A stretch of 63,821 bases of DNA, counting the filler. It is 21 parts of 21 records of this genome, joined end to end, with 100 filler letters (N's around TTAATTAATTAA, not from the genome) between each part and the next. Parts side by side here need not be neighbours in the genome. Positions count along the whole stretch, not along the records: positions 61,557 to 63,821 come from SRR11831585_984; 20 more parts are not named here. One strand, 5' to 3'. Position numbers and translations under genes: made by a program. Below the pieces are notes generated by a model. The model did no database searches and was not told the origin of the DNA. It saw only the letters and a list, made by a program, of their open reading frames with translations. This document shows, piece after piece, positions 62,070 through 63,821 of this stretch (position 1 is its first letter; every line of letters begins with the position of its first letter).

Positions 62070-62717
62070 ATGGTGGTATGCACTTATTGTCATTATCCGT
62101 ATAGAATATCTATCTCGCTAGTCTGTGGATTGCAATTCGTTCGATATCGCATATTGGGATTATTTGTTGAAGTTGCTGTTTTTTGTGTGCGATGTTATTT
62201 TTGTGTAATCTATTGTCCTGGGAGTAATTTGGATGCTATGTTGTGATAGGCCAAGACCGTGAAGAAGACCATTAAGAAGGTCAAGCCCTTCCGGTTTGTG
62301 ATTGACGTCAAGTCACCCGTTGAGGACGGTATTCTGGATGCTGCCAACTTCGTACGTGCACATTTGCTTATGTGATTCAGTGCGCTCCGCGTGGACCGTG
62401 TGTGTACCGTGTTTGTGTCTTGTGTTCAGCACTTGTACTCATTGCAATTACAGGAGACTTTCCTCCACGACAAGATTAAGGTCGCTGGTCGCAACAAGTC
62501 CGATGTGATCCAGATCGCCCGTGAGAAGACCAAGCTCACTGTCACTGCCAAGCCCCCGTTCTCCAAGCGGTACCTCAAATACCTGACGAAGAAGTACCTG
62601 AAGAAGAGCAACCTCCGCGATTGGCTCCGAGTCATTGCGTCGAACAAGAACACCTACGAGCTCAAGTACTTCCAGATCCACAACAACGAGGAGGAGAACG
62701 ACGAGGCTGCTGATTAA
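62070..62717 (+). CDS. RPL22: 60S ribosomal protein eL22, 3 exons
   Basis: Exons 62070-62075, 62250-62351, 62454-62717; F.ID...PVEDGI.D.ANFE.FL..KIKV.G and [23 protein letters not shown]. Confidence 0.98.
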
Positions 62718-63310
62718 ATTCGGTGTCTTTGGCGGTCAATAAAACAAACAAAACAGAAAATATCACGGGATTATGCACGGGTGCTGGTTGGGGCGGCATG
62801 TGTTGATGTGGTTGCGAATTCGCGTGTGTGTATATGTATGTACGTGCGTGTGATGTGCGTCTTTGATGATGCGCAGGTGTGGCTTGAGTTGCAGCCCTTT
62901 GCGTTTGTGGCGTGTTGCTGGTGTACGCTGATAGCGTTTGTGCGTGTTGCGCTCGATGTGCTGTTTGGGCAGAGATGACACCACGGTGCTTTGTGGAGTT
63001 ACAGTGTTGTGGCTGCTACCTCTCTGTGCATGTGCGCTCCAAAGACACACGCACAGAATACTTGGATGTGTGTGTGAGTATGTATGTGGCTGACAGTCAC
63101 CTATCCGATTTTCTGACATGGTCAACTCTGGGAACAACGCAGCACAGGCGCGCGGGATATCGTTCACACACAAACACACTATTCTGCCTCCCTCACAACG
63201 CGTATACTCACTCACACTGAACGCGCAGCGATCTCACGCGCACTCCGTGCCGATTCTCTTCGAGTATATATATTGTGCACTGCCTGCTTTGTGGGTGTGC
63301 ATCGATCGCC

Positions 63311-63821
63311 ATGGGTGATTTCTCATCCAGTGGCAGCACCAGCGCTCCCAGCGAGGAATCACTCTCATTTCTTGCAAGCATCAAATTTGACTTGCGTTTT
63401 CTCACGGTGGGCAACAGCGGAGTGGGAAAAACTTCGTTCGTGGAACGACTCATGTTTGGCGCATCAACACAGATCTACTTTCCCACGTTGTTGGATTCGT
63501 ACAGCGGCACATGCATTGTCGAGTTTGTAAGCAGCTTGGTGAGTGTGTACAAAAAGTTTAAAAAGTGTCCCATCTCGATCATCGACACATCGGGTACGTA
63601 TTACTCTCTGTACGTTTCTTCTTTCTTCTTTGATTTACATCTTGTGTTTGCGTGTTTGTGTGCGTGTGTGTAGGTTCAGCTATGTTTGATTCGGTTCGCT
63701 CTCTGGGATACCGCACACAAGACGTTGTGCTTGTGTTTTTCAACGTCAGTAATCGGGACACATTCATGGCAGTGCGAAATAAGGTGTGTGTGCACGTGTG
63801 CGTGTGTGTGTGTGTGTGTGT
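63311..63821 (+). CDS. Atypical Rho-like small GTPase, 3' truncated
   Basis: VGNSGVGKT, YFPTLLDSY, IIDTSG|SAMFDSVRSLGYRTQDVVLVFF.V....TF..V..K. Confidence 0.88.

Noticed and set aside
63311..63328. N-myristoylation of the GTPase (MGDFSS)
   Set aside because: Asp right after Gly is unfavourable for N-myristoyltransferase; not supportable without data.

Overview
This window is not one locus. It is 21 short contigs (about 2-6 kb) joined by 20 identical 100-nt artificial spacers (44 N + TTAATTAATTAA + 44 N), so adjacency across spacers carries no meaning. Eighteen contigs come from one intron-rich, gene-dense eukaryote, probably a flagellated heterotrophic protist, with GT-AG introns from about 41 nt upward that are often UG-rich on the sense strand. 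One contig is Escherichia coli (yoeB end, yeeZ, yeeY, yoeI, plaP, yeeE, yeeD, sbcB). Two are Vibrio-like: one carries an M14 peptidase, a PAS-GGDEF protein and a glutamine amidotransferase, the other betA and a choline-binding protein. Splicing the eukaryotic contigs by hand gives PPAT, CYP710, a probable ATM fragment, a Kelch protein, a CudA-like factor, a classical PTP, TRAPPC8, ISCU, a SET methyltransferase, a COG2085 oxidoreductase, TELO2, an RIIa microprotein, SEC24, UFL1, GH43, an alpha2delta/CACHD1-like protein, a GT37-like fucosyltransferase, CTR9, MRPL52, an EEP hydrolase, AlaRS, an F-box-PLAC8 fusion, an IPT/TIG protein, RPL22 and an atypical Rho GTPase. The most interesting items only appear after splicing: an mL52 gene missed by the ORF track, a PPAT ending in the peroxisomal signal SRL, an F-box fused to two PLAC8 domains, a Rho GTPase with Rnd-type GTPase-dead substitutions, a CudA-like transcription factor, and a signal-peptide SET methyltransferase. 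All family calls rest on motifs recognised from memory; no searches were run. I found no CRISPR array, rRNA, tRNA or mobile element.
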